Shown here: piece by piece, positions 9,403-18,789 of the stretch
Layout of the letters: every line of letters starts with the position of its first letter
How positions within the stretch are numbered: the first letter of the stretch is position 1
Assembly: GCA_965223345.1 (NCBI GenBank)
Contig: CBDCWG010000012.1
Location: forward strand, 416,001 to 480,000
DNA: 64,000 bases
Direction of reading: 5' to 3'
From: Nitrospinales bacterium
GTDB lineage: Bacteria; Nitrospinota; Nitrospinia; Nitrospinales; VA-1
Made by a program: the position numbers and the translations under genes
The notes under the pieces: model-generated
Told to the model about the DNA's origin: nothing
Database searches by the model: none
What the model saw: the letters and a program-made list of their open reading frames with translations, nothing else

Positions 9403-10065
9403 TCAGATCATCTTCACCAGTTCCTTGATGCTTTTTTCGATGCCGTCGGCCACCTCGGAGATGTTCTGGCCCAGCATGTACGCCGGTGTCGAGACGATCT
9501 TGTTCTGCGCGTCGAGCACCACATCCTGCACGGCGCAGTCCTGATGGCGGCTGCCCATCTTCTCGATCTTCGCGCCGGTGTCCTTGTCGTTGCCGATGGT
9601 GAGGGTGGGCTGCACGTCTCCGCCTTCATAAATCTTGGCGAACATGGCGGGGGCGATGCAGGCGACACCCTGCGGTTTGTGCCTGGCGGCGAATTCCCGC
9701 ACCAGCCGGCTCACTTCCGGATGCACGGAGCAGTTCTCGCCGTTGACCGCGAAATCGGAAAGGTTTTTTGCGGCGCCGAAACCGCCGGGAAAATACAGCG
9801 CGTCGATGTCGTCGGCCTTGACGTCCGCGATGTCCTTGATGTTGCCGCGGGCGATGCGCGCCGCCTCCACGAGCACGTTTCTTTTTTCGTTCATCTCCTC
9901 GCCGGTCAGATGGTTGATGACGTGCATCTGGTCCACGTTCGGGGCCATGCAGACCGCCTCGGCGCCCGCACGGTCGATGGCGAGCAGGGTGATGACGGAT
10001 TCGTGGATCTCCGCTCCGTCGTACACACCGCAGCCGGCAAGCACCACGCCAATTTTCTTTTTCAT
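9403..10065 (-). CDS. elbB: ElbB/ES1 family glyoxalase (DJ-1/PfpI superfamily)
   Basis: GCGVYDGAEIHE, RNVLVEAARIARG, PGGFGAAKNL, CIAP and STPAYM motifs. Confidence 0.92.
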   Translation of the reverse strand: MKKKIGVVLAGCGVYDGAEIHESVITLLAIDRAGAEAVCMAPNVDQMHVINHLTGEEMNEKRNVLVEAARIARGNIKDIADVKADDIDALYFPGGFGAAKNLSDFAVNGENCSVHPEVSRLVREFAARHKPQGVACIAPAMFAKIYEGGDVQPTLTIGNDKDTGAKIEKMGSRHQDCAVQDVVLDAQNKIVSTPAYMLGQNISEVADGIEKSIKELVKMI

Positions 10066-10223
10066 GATCGACCTCCCGCTACTGACGAATCCATGGTTTT
10101 ACAATCGGTTTGGAATGCGGCCAGTGTACCACCGGCTGTGGGTGGGACTCAATAACAACGTCCCACAGGAATCCCGCATTTTGTCCACCGGGTGCGTGTT
10201 GTTTCCTGCGAAGGGGCGGCGCT

Positions 10224-12059
10224 TTAGCCTTTGAAATGGTTGGTGATGGGAAGCCTGCGGTCCTTGCCGAAGGCTTTGGGGGTGATCTTGATGCCGGGCG
10301 CGCCCTGGCGGCGCTTGTATTCGTTGACATCCACCAGCCGCACGATGCGTTTGACCTCGGCGGCGCTCAGGGGTTTGCCGCCAAGCTTTTCGACGGGCTT
10401 GTCTTCCTCGATGTAACGCAGCAGCACCCTATCGAGCAGATCGTAGGGCGGCAGGGAGTCGGTGTCCATCTGGTCGGGCCGCAGCTCGGCGGAAGGCGGC
10501 TTGGTGATGATGTTCTCCGGGATGACGTCCCGCCCCTCCTTCTGGTTGACCCAGCGGCACAGCTCGTACACCCAGGTCTTGGGCACGTCCTTGAGCACGG
10601 CGAAACCGCCGGCCATGTCGCCGTACAGGGTGCAGTAGCCGACGCTCAGCTCGCTTTTGTTGCCGGTCGTCAGCACCAGCCAGCCGAATTTGTTGGAAAG
10701 CGCCATCAGCAGGTTGCCGCGGATGCGGGCCTGCAGGTTTTCTTCGGTCACGTCCGGCTGGCATTGTGCAAACAGCGGCGCGAGGATGGCGTCGTAGGCG
10801 CGCATGGCCGCCTCGATGGGCAGCGTGTGGGTGGTGATGTTGAGATTGCGGCCGAGGTCCAGAGAATCGGTCACGCTGTGTTCAGACGAATGCGGCGACG
10901 GCATGAGCACGCCCACCACGTTGTCGGCCCCCAGCGCATCGACGGCCAGTGCGGCGGTGAGCCCCGAATCGATGCCGCCACTCAGGCCGATGACGGCTTT
11001 TTTGAAGCCGTTTTTGACCAGGTAGTCGCGCGTGCCCAGAACCAGGGCGCAGTACAGTTCCTCCCAGGCGCTTTTGCGGCGAAAGAGCCGGTCGGGCAGT
11101 TCCTTTTTCGGCGCGGCTTTTTTGAACGCGGCGACGCGGTAGGTCTTGATGCGGGGCGATGTTTTTTTCGCGGCGGTCTTTTTCTGCGGCTTGGGCCGGA
11201 CCTCAAGATCGGCGAAGATCATCTCCTCCTCGAAGGCGTTGCCCTGGGCGAGCAGCGTACCGTCGGGCGCCACCACCAGACTGTGGCCGTCGAACACCAG
11301 TTCGTCCTGACCGCCGATGAGATTGGTGTACACGATGAAGGCTTTGTAATTTTTGGCGCGCTCCTGCAGCATCTGTTCGCGCACCGCACCCTTGCCCTTG
11401 TGAAAGGGAGATGAGGAAATGTTGAGCAGCACGTCCACGTTGCCCTCCAGGCACAGCGGTCTGCCCGGCCCGTCTTCCACCCACAGATCCTCGCACACCG
11501 TGAGCCCGAGCGTCACGCCGTTTTGCGTGAAGCGGACCAGCCCGTCCCCTTCGGTGAAATAGCGTTTCTCATCGAACACGCCGTAGTTGGGGAGCTGCAT
11601 CTTGCGGTAGCTGGCGAGCCATTTGCCGTCGGAAAGCAGCGCGGCGGCGTTGTAGAGTGTCTTCCCCTCCGCCTCCACATAACCGATCACGGCGGTGATG
11701 CCTTTGGTCTGCGGAACCAGGCGCTTGAGCGCGGCGGTGTTTTCGCGGATGAATTTTTCCTTGAGCAGAAGATCTTCAGGCGGATATCCCGTCAGCGTCA
11801 GTTCGGGGAAAAGAACCACGTCCGCCTGTTGTCTTTTGGCCTGCTGCAATGCGGTGCGGATTTTGCCGGCGTTGTGCTCGAAATCGCCGACGATGGTGTT
11901 GACCTGCGCCAGCGCCACGCGCACCCCCGCCGTGGGCGCAGATGCCGCCCGCGACTTTGCATTGCGCCGTTTGACAGATCCGGATTTTCTGGGGGATTTT
12001 TTTTTCGGAGACCGCTTTGGATTCAAGGATGAAGTTCGGGGTGCAGGGTGAAACATCAC
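10224..12059 (-). CDS. nadE: Glutamine-dependent NAD+ synthetase (start uncertain; basic N-terminal extension)
   Basis: Nitrilase domain (FPEL, YRK..LPNYGVFDEKRYF, CEDLW) and synthetase domain (GLSGGIDS, ENLQARIRG, TGNKSE, PSAEL). Confidence 0.95.
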   Translation of the reverse strand: MMFHPAPRTSSLNPKRSPKKKSPRKSGSVKRRNAKSRAASAPTAGVRVALAQVNTIVGDFEHNAGKIRTALQQAKRQQADVVLFPELTLTGYPPEDLLLKEKFIRENTAALKRLVPQTKGITAVIGYVEAEGKTLYNAAALLSDGKWLASYRKMQLPNYGVFDEKRYFTEGDGLVRFTQNGVTLGLTVCEDLWVEDGPGRPLCLEGNVDVLLNISSSPFHKGKGAVREQMLQERAKNYKAFIVYTNLIGGQDELVFDGHSLVVAPDGTLLAQGNAFEEEMIFADLEVRPKPQKKTAAKKTSPRIKTYRVAAFKKAAPKKELPDRLFRRKSAWEELYCALVLGTRDYLVKNGFKKAVIGLSGGIDSGLTAALAVDALGADNVVGVLMPSPHSSEHSVTDSLDLGRNLNITTHTLPIEAAMRAYDAILAPLFAQCQPDVTEENLQARIRGNLLMALSNKFGWLVLTTGNKSELSVGYCTLYGDMAGGFAVLKDVPKTWVYELCRWVNQKEGRDVIPENIITKPPSAELRPDQMDTDSLPPYDLLDRVLLRYIEEDKPVEKLGGKPLSAAEVKRIVRLVDVNEYKRRQGAPGIKITPKAFGKDRRLPITNHFKG

Positions 12060-12206
12060 GCCGGGTTTTTGCCATCCCGCGCGCTCTTTTTTTGGACCGC
12101 CGCGGCGATTATACTACAATTACATCCAGTTCCTCACCCCGCGCGTAAGAATCCTTATCACAAAGGCTCGCCCGGGGACCCATTTTTCTTTCAACAGCGG
12201 TGACGC

Positions 12207-12623
12207 ATGAACCCCGGCCCGGTCGAACAGAGCATCAAACATTCCATCGAGAAAAACGGTTTTCCGGAAAAGACCGTGCGCCTTCCGTTCAAGCCGGTGT
12301 ACGACAGCTGCAAGCAGCATCAGACGTCTTTGAGCGCGGTGCTGAAAAACCTGGAGGCGGAACAGATTTACGGCAAAATCCAGGGCAACCACCTCGCCTT
12401 CTATTCTGCCGAGCGCCTGCAGGCGGAGGTGAAACGCCAGGCGGAGTCCTCCGCATCCGAGAGGCAAGAAGGCGGCCTGTTCGATGCGGCGCAGGAGTCG
12501 CTGAAGCACCTGACTCCGGAACAGCTGGCCCTGCTGAAAAACCAGGTGGAAAACATGAGTGAGGAAGAAAAGCAAAACCTGATGAAGCTGGTCGCTGATC
12601 AATTCAAACCCAGGTCACCCTGA
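12207..12623 (+). CDS. Hypothetical protein (138 aa)
   Basis: Natural composition and host-like codon bias; 9 nt upstream of the next ORF; no family recognised. Confidence 0.7.
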   Translation: MNPGPVEQSIKHSIEKNGFPEKTVRLPFKPVYDSCKQHQTSLSAVLKNLEAEQIYGKIQGNHLAFYSAERLQAEVKRQAESSASERQEGGLFDAAQESLKHLTPEQLALLKNQVENMSEEEKQNLMKLVADQFKPRSP

Positions 12624-12632
12624 CAGACAGCC

Positions 12633-13514
12633 ATGCTGATTTTCGCCAAAGACATCACGCAACGGGATCACAAACACGCGCACGAAGACCGCGACCCGCA
12701 ACTGAAAGCCTACATGGATTATCAGCGGCGGCTCTTTCCCTACACGTTCGTGCGCGCGGGGCTGGATCTCGCCTACAAGGAACTCGACGAGATCCTCAAC
12801 TACATCGACAACGACCACCAGCCGCCGGCGGACTCGACACGGCAGGAATTCCCGGCGGACATCCCCGCCTGGTACCGCGAGCGGTTTCCCTGGAGCGCGG
12901 CGTTTCTCGACAGGGAGCACATGCACGCGGCGCTGGTGCACCTGATCCAGGCGATGGATTCGTTCCGCACCGAAGAGACGCCCAACACCTATCATCTGGC
13001 GGTGCTGTACGATTCGGTGCACAACATCGTGAACCTCTACAACTCGCTGCTCCAGCAGTCCGAGGCCGACGCCCGCAACATCCACCTCAGCCAGGGCGTG
13101 GCGGTGAGCTTCGACGATTTCATCAACAACTACTGGCCGCACCTGCACTTCATGATCCTGTCGAAACCGGACTATCCGCACGCGCCGCTGCTGAAGAAAA
13201 ACCAGCCGATCGAAAAGCGCATTCAGACGTTGATCGGCGACGGCGTGGAGCCGCTGGCGGCTCTGGACACGGCGGGGCGGGAATTCGGGCTGGCGGCGAG
13301 CACCCAGGCGCTGCTCAAGCGCGATCCGCTGAGACCCGAACACCTGGCGCTGCCCTCGGAACCGCAGGACGAGCGCCGGTTCGATGCGATCTATAAGGAA
13401 ACAGTGGAAAGCGAACAATTCGGCCCGGTTTCGCGCATCGACCTGGACTACGAACTGAACGCCGGGCACGCGCACAACGCGGGATTTTCTCTCGAAGCTC
13501 CGCAAAAAACCTGA
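12633..13514 (+). CDS. Hypothetical protein (293 aa)
   Basis: Long ORF with strong GC3 bias and globular-protein composition; no family recognised. Confidence 0.8.
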   Translation: MLIFAKDITQRDHKHAHEDRDPQLKAYMDYQRRLFPYTFVRAGLDLAYKELDEILNYIDNDHQPPADSTRQEFPADIPAWYRERFPWSAAFLDREHMHAALVHLIQAMDSFRTEETPNTYHLAVLYDSVHNIVNLYNSLLQQSEADARNIHLSQGVAVSFDDFINNYWPHLHFMILSKPDYPHAPLLKKNQPIEKRIQTLIGDGVEPLAALDTAGREFGLAASTQALLKRDPLRPEHLALPSEPQDERRFDAIYKETVESEQFGPVSRIDLDYELNAGHAHNAGFSLEAPQKT

Positions 13515-13539
13515 CCGGCGCTGCCCAAGAAGAAGCGGA

Positions 13540-16500
13540 TCAGGGGCGGTTTTCTCCTGTCAGGACGGTGTTGTCCGAGGCGCGTTTTTGCGGCAGGCGG
13601 GTGGCGGCACGGGAGTTGCGGTTGCTGTCCGAATCTTCCTGAACGCTGGCCTGCTCGCGCAGCCGCTTCCGCGTGCGGGTCTTCGCCACTTCCACCTGCC
13701 CGCCCTCAAGCGGTCCCCAGAAACGTGCAAAGCCGCCCAGGCCCTCGTATTCGGATTTTTTCCCCGCCACTTCAAACAGTTTGAAATCCTTCTCGAACAG
13801 GTTGGCGACGAACGGCCCCGCACCCGAATCGGAGAGCGCTTCTCCCACAGAACGGACGCGGTTCACCGGCAGCGACGGCCCGGCGTATTCGCCTTCCAGG
13901 GTCTGAAAGCGGCTGGCCGTGGTTTCGGTGGACAACTGCGACAGGGTTTTGCCCGAACCGCCCACCGCCACGTTGCCGAAATCGCGGTTGATGAAGGTCT
14001 TGCTGCCGTCCGCGGCGGACACGTTGGCCTCGCCGGTGAGCGCGCCGAAATAGGATACCTTCACATCCCCGGTCCCCGCATGCTGGATGGAGGCGATGTT
14101 CAGGCTGTCGGTCTCGAACAGGTTGATCTCGCCATCGCCGCTGTTTGTGATGTTGACGCTGGCGATGCGGGTTTCGATCGGGTTCGATGCAGTGCCGAAT
14201 CCGGTGACGCTCTTAACGACGAGTCCGCCGCCGGGCGCGTCGATGTCGAGGCCGCCGTCGCTGTCGCCGTCGAAGACGCCGCCGTTGCCGGAGGTGAGCT
14301 GGATGGCGGAAGCGGACGCGCTGGTGCTGACGAGCCGGCCGGTCAGGTTGAGACCGCTATCGGCAGTGAGCGACAAGCCGCCGGATGCGGTTTGCGTTCC
14401 GTTCACTGTCAGGCCGTTGCCGCCACCCACCGTCGCCGTGAGCGTCCCACCCACACTGGATGTGCCCAGCGTCAGGGCGCTGTTTGTGAACAGGGTGGCG
14501 TTGCCGGAGGTGGTGGCGAGGTTCACCGGGCCGCCGAAAACATTGGCGGTATTGGTGAAGCTGACGCCGTTCGCCGCCGTGAAGCTGGCAACGCCGGAGG
14601 TGTTGAGCGTGCCGTCCGCCGCGTCGGAAATCGTGCCGCCGGAGAGAACCGTGAGCTCGGTGAAGGAAGACGGGTTGTTGGCAAATGCTACCTTTTTGCC
14701 TGCCGCCGAAGAGACCAGCGTGAGAGGCACGGCGGCGGTGAGGCCGTCCACGGTGATGCCGCCGTTGTTGGCGCCGCCGAGTGTGAAGCTGCCGGCGGTG
14801 ATGTTATTGAGATCGCCGGACCTCAACTGCAGGTCGCAGCTGCCGCCGCAGTCGGCGCTGTCGCCGACGCCGATGCTCGCTCCCGCCTGCGACACTTCGA
14901 TCGTCGTATCGGCGCTGCCGCTGCTGAGATTTCCGTCCACGGACAGTCCGGCGGTGGTGATCGAGAGGGCGTTGTCGGAGGTGGAAAGGTTTTTACTGGA
15001 ATCCAGCGTGAAGGAGCCGCTGCCGTTGCCGTCGGCGTCGGTGTTGAGCGCCACCGCGCCCTGAGCGGTGACGTCTGCGGACACATTCACGCCATTGCCC
15101 GCATTCACGTTGAGCGCGTTGAAGGCCGAGGCGTTGTTGGCAAACGAGACGGAAGATCCCGATTTCGTGGCGTTGAGGGTGAGCGTGCCGATGCCGCTGC
15201 CGTCGGCGGCGAGAACGTTGTCCACCGTGATGTCGCCGTTTGTGGCGTCGCCGACGATCAATTGATTCGCCGCGATGCGCTGCAACTCGGCGCCGGACAG
15301 CGACAGGGTTCCCGCCGCGTCGCCCAAGCCGATCGTGCCGCCTGTCGAGGAAGCCAGCGACGTTGCCGCCGCGCCGCTGGTGAGCGATCCGTTCAACACG
15401 ATGTCGCCTGCTGTGATGGAAAGCGCGTTGTCATTCGTGTTGACGGTTTTGCCGCCCGCCAGTGTGAACGCACCGCCGTCGCCGTCAGTGTCCGCATCGA
15501 TCGCGACCGCGCCCTGCGCCGTGAGGTCGTCGTTGAGTTGCAGACCGTCCGCCGAGTTCAGCGCCACCGCTCCCTGCGCCGTGACGCCGCCTGTCGTGGC
15601 CGACATCGTCAGCGCGCCGCCGGAAGTGACCGCAATGCCGCTCGCCAGCGTGATGCCCGTGCCGCCGTTCAAGATCGCGTTGCCATCGCTGGAAAAGTCG
15701 TTGCCGAACGTGAGTTCCGCACCGGAGGTGAGGCTTGCGTTGCCGGAAGAGGTGATGCCGCCGCCTGCGGAGCGCAGTTCCAGGTTACCGGCTGCATTGA
15801 CCGCCACGCCACCGGCCAGATCGATGCCGGAACTGCCGCTGCCGTCGGCGTTGCCGTTTAAAATCAGGCCGCCGCTGTCGGTTGTGACGTTCGCTGCGAC
15901 TGTAATGCCGTTACCCGCATTCGCGGTCAGGGCGTCGAAAGTGGACGCGTTGTTGGCAAACGTGATCGAAGATCCGGAACCTGTGGCGTTCAGAGTGAGC
16001 GTCCCGATACCGCTGCTGTCGGTGGCGCTGACGTTGTCCACCGTGATGCTGCTGGTCCCATCCCCCACGGTGAGCCCATTCGCTGTGATGCGCTGCAACT
16101 CGGCATCGGAGAGCAACAGGGTTCCCGCCGCGTCGCCCAGGCCGATCGTGCCGCCTGTCGAGGAAGCCAGCGTTGTCGTTCCTGTGCCGCTGACAATCGA
16201 TCCGTTCAGCACGATGTCGCCTGCGGTGATGGAAAGCGCGTTGTCATTCGTGGTGACGGTTTTGCCGCCCGCCAGTGTGAACGCACCGCCGTCGCCGTCT
16301 GTGTCCGCATCGATCGCGACCGCACCCTGCGCCGTGAGATCGTCATTCAGTTGCAGGCCGTTTGCCGAATTAAGTCCCACCGCGCCCTGCGCGGTGACAC
16401 CGCCGGTCGTGGTTGACATTGTCAGCACGCCGCCGGAAGTGACGGCGATGCCGCTCGCCAGCGTGATTCCCGTGCTGCTGTTTAGAGCCGCGTCGCCGGT

Positions 16501-18786
16501 GCTTGTGAAATCGCTGCCGAGCGTGAGTCTTCCACCGGAGGTGAGGGTCGCGTTGCCGGAAGAGGTGATGCCGCCGCCTGCGGAACGCAGTTCCAGGTTA
16601 CCTGCCGAATTGACCGCGACGCCGCTTGCCAGAACGATGCTGGAACTGCCGCTGCCGTCGGCGTTGCCATTCAAAATCAGGCCGCCGCCGTCCGTCGCGA
16701 TGTTCGCATCCACGGAAATGCCGTTGCCCGCATTCGCGGTCAGGGCATCAAAAGTTGAAGCACTGTTCGCAAACGTGATCGAGGATCCGGAACCTGTGGC
16801 GTTCAAGGTGAGCGTCCCGATACCGCTGCTGTCTGCGGCGCTGACGTTGTCCACCGTGATGCTGCTGGCTCCGTTTCCGACTGTGAGCCCTGCCGCTGTG
16901 ATGCGCTGCAACTCGGCGCCGGACACCGACATCGAACCCGCCGCGTCGCCCAGACCGATTGTTCCGCCGGTTGAGGAAGTGAGCGTCGTCGTCCCGGTGC
17001 CGCTGTCGATCGTGCCCTGCAAGTTCAGGTCTCTGCCGGACAACCTGATATTGTGATCGTTGGAATCCAGCGATCCCAATGAGAGGTTGCCGTTGGCCGT
17101 GATGTCGAGACTTCCGTTTGTGGTGATTTTATCCGCTGTGTCTTTAAATGTTATGTCGCCATTCCCGGCAAAGAGGGTGACGGAGCCGCTGATGTTGAGC
17201 GACAGAACGTCGTCGGAAAGATCGTTCAACGTGATGGACTTGTTCGCGGTGAGGTTGACGTTGTTGAAACCGGCGAGGGCTTCCAGGGTTTTCTCGTGGA
17301 TCGTGAAGGTCGCCGCGCCGCTGGCGGAGGTTCCCGCGCCGTCGGCGATGATGATGTGTTCGGGGTCCAGCAGCAGGGTGCCGGTGTTGCCGTTGGCAGC
17401 GCGGGTGTCCACGCTGCCGTCGAAATAGAGCTCCTCCTTGCCCGACACCTCGACGAAGCCGCCGTTGCCGCGCTGCCGCCCGCCCTGCGCCTGGACGCGG
17501 CCCAGGAACTGCATCCTGCGGTTGGCCCAGAAAATCACGCGGCCGCCGTCGCCCGTATTCAACGCATCGGCGAACACCGAAACGCCCTGCCCCACGGACG
17601 CATCGGTGGCGGTGAAATAGGGACCGCCGCCCTGGTAGTCGCCGCCCACCAGCACGTCGCCGCCGCCGCTGTCGCCGGAAACATCCAGCAGCGCGCTGCC
17701 GAACAGGTTGAGGTTCTCGCCGAACACGTGCACGCTGCCGCCGGTCTCACCGGCCCCGGTTCCCGAGGCGTCGAGCGTGCCCGAGACGTTCACCTGCCCG
17801 GTGTCGCCGCCCATCAACACGATTTTGCCGTTCTGTTCGACGGCGGTGCGCGCCTGCACGATGCCGGACAGGTTGATCACGTTGTCGAGCGCATGCCGCG
17901 CCGTGCTGACATCGAGACGCACGATGCCGCCGTCCGCGTGGATGGCGCCGGAATGATTCACCAATGCGGAGACCGGCTCGCCGTCGAGGCCGGTGAGCCC
18001 GCTGGCGAATTCCTGTCCCACACCCAGCTGCACCAGCCGGTCGCCGTACAGATCCAGGGTGAAGGTGCTGCCGGAGGCGAGGCTCACGCTGCCCAGGCGG
18101 GCGTTGATGACGCCGGAGTTTTCCACCCAGGGGGCAACGAGGGCGACCAGCCCGCCTTCACTGGCGGTGATGCGTCCGCGGTTGACCACGCCGGCTCCGG
18201 TGGATGACGGCAGATCGAATCGGAACTGTCCGGCGAGAAAATCCTCGTTGCGGATGTCGGTGGTGGTGGCGATCAGGCCGTTCACGTCGATCTGCGCATC
18301 GCGGCCGAACAGGATGCCGTTCGGGTTGATCAGCATGAGGTTGCCGTTGGAGGACAGTTTTCCCAGGATGTGCGACGGGTCGTTGCCGGTCACGCGGTTG
18401 AGGCTGGCGCTGTCCGCAGAGGGCAGTTGAAAATGGATGTGCTCGTTGACCTGGTTGCCGAAGCTGTCCCAATGGATGATGGCTTTGTCGGACGCCTGCT
18501 GGATCACCATTTTCTCCGGCGACACGGTTTCGATGGTTGCAGCGCCCGCCTGCACGCTGCCTCCTGAAGGCAGGGCGTACAGGTGCGACGGGAACACGCC
18601 CAGCAGATAGATCAGCCAGGAGACGACGCCGACCCAGCGGCCTTGCTTTCTGCGCGCAAACGCGAACACCAGTTTGCGTCTCGCGGACGATCTGGGCCGC
18701 GGCCGGGCCGGCGATCCGGCTTTGCCGGAAGACACCGGCTCAAGCAGGCCGGGGAACACCGATTTTCCGCTGTGCAATGCGTTCAT
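13540..18786 (-). CDS. Filamentous haemagglutinin-like TpsA exoprotein (1748 aa)
   Basis: Long signal region ending LYA|LPSGG; TPS domain motifs (IIHWDSF, LNRVTG, LINPNGILFG, GGFVEVSG, GTLLLDP); G/S/T/A-rich beta-helix; adjacent to TpsB. Confidence 0.92.
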   Translation of the reverse strand: MNALHSGKSVFPGLLEPVSSGKAGSPARPRPRSSARRKLVFAFARRKQGRWVGVVSWLIYLLGVFPSHLYALPSGGSVQAGAATIETVSPEKMVIQQASDKAIIHWDSFGNQVNEHIHFQLPSADSASLNRVTGNDPSHILGKLSSNGNLMLINPNGILFGRDAQIDVNGLIATTTDIRNEDFLAGQFRFDLPSSTGAGVVNRGRITASEGGLVALVAPWVENSGVINARLGSVSLASGSTFTLDLYGDRLVQLGVGQEFASGLTGLDGEPVSALVNHSGAIHADGGIVRLDVSTARHALDNVINLSGIVQARTAVEQNGKIVLMGGDTGQVNVSGTLDASGTGAGETGGSVHVFGENLNLFGSALLDVSGDSGGGDVLVGGDYQGGGPYFTATDASVGQGVSVFADALNTGDGGRVIFWANRRMQFLGRVQAQGGRQRGNGGFVEVSGKEELYFDGSVDTRAANGNTGTLLLDPEHIIIADGAGTSASGAATFTIHEKTLEALAGFNNVNLTANKSITLNDLSDDVLSLNISGSVTLFAGNGDITFKDTADKITTNGSLDITANGNLSLGSLDSNDHNIRLSGRDLNLQGTIDSGTGTTTLTSSTGGTIGLGDAAGSMSVSGAELQRITAAGLTVGNGASSITVDNVSAADSSGIGTLTLNATGSGSSITFANSASTFDALTANAGNGISVDANIATDGGGLILNGNADGSGSSSIVLASGVAVNSAGNLELRSAGGGITSSGNATLTSGGRLTLGSDFTSTGDAALNSSTGITLASGIAVTSGGVLTMSTTTGGVTAQGAVGLNSANGLQLNDDLTAQGAVAIDADTDGDGGAFTLAGGKTVTTNDNALSITAGDIVLNGSIVSGTGTTTLASSTGGTIGLGDAAGTLLLSDAELQRITANGLTVGDGTSSITVDNVSATDSSGIGTLTLNATGSGSSITFANNASTFDALTANAGNGITVAANVTTDSGGLILNGNADGSGSSGIDLAGGVAVNAAGNLELRSAGGGITSSGNASLTSGAELTFGNDFSSDGNAILNGGTGITLASGIAVTSGGALTMSATTGGVTAQGAVALNSADGLQLNDDLTAQGAVAIDADTDGDGGAFTLAGGKTVNTNDNALSITAGDIVLNGSLTSGAAATSLASSTGGTIGLGDAAGTLSLSGAELQRIAANQLIVGDATNGDITVDNVLAADGSGIGTLTLNATKSGSSVSFANNASAFNALNVNAGNGVNVSADVTAQGAVALNTDADGNGSGSFTLDSSKNLSTSDNALSITTAGLSVDGNLSSGSADTTIEVSQAGASIGVGDSADCGGSCDLQLRSGDLNNITAGSFTLGGANNGGITVDGLTAAVPLTLVSSAAGKKVAFANNPSSFTELTVLSGGTISDAADGTLNTSGVASFTAANGVSFTNTANVFGGPVNLATTSGNATLFTNSALTLGTSSVGGTLTATVGGGNGLTVNGTQTASGGLSLTADSGLNLTGRLVSTSASASAIQLTSGNGGVFDGDSDGGLDIDAPGGGLVVKSVTGFGTASNPIETRIASVNITNSGDGEINLFETDSLNIASIQHAGTGDVKVSYFGALTGEANVSAADGSKTFINRDFGNVAVGGSGKTLSQLSTETTASRFQTLEGEYAGPSLPVNRVRSVGEALSDSGAGPFVANLFEKDFKLFEVAGKKSEYEGLGGFARFWGPLEGGQVEVAKTRTRKRLREQASVQEDSDSNRNSRAATRLPQKRASDNTVLTGENRP
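14960..17010 (-). repeat. Intragenic tandem repeat in TpsA, period 813 bp (271 aa): two full copies plus a partial, internally deleted third
   Basis: The anchor CCCGCCGCGTCGCCCA recurs at 15311, 16124 and 16937 (813 apart); protein repeat SSTGGTIGLGDAAG...; boundaries approximate. Confidence 0.9.
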
Positions 18787-18789
18787 GGT

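Noticed and set aside
13540..13930. CDI toxin/immunity system
   Set aside because: No VENN or pre-toxin motif, no recognisable toxin domain, and the downstream gene is convergent rather than a co-transcribed immunity gene
13588..17056. Long plus-strand ORFs (757, 593 and 325 aa) opposite tpsA
   Set aside because: Antisense shadows of a GC3-biased repetitive gene; no protein-like features
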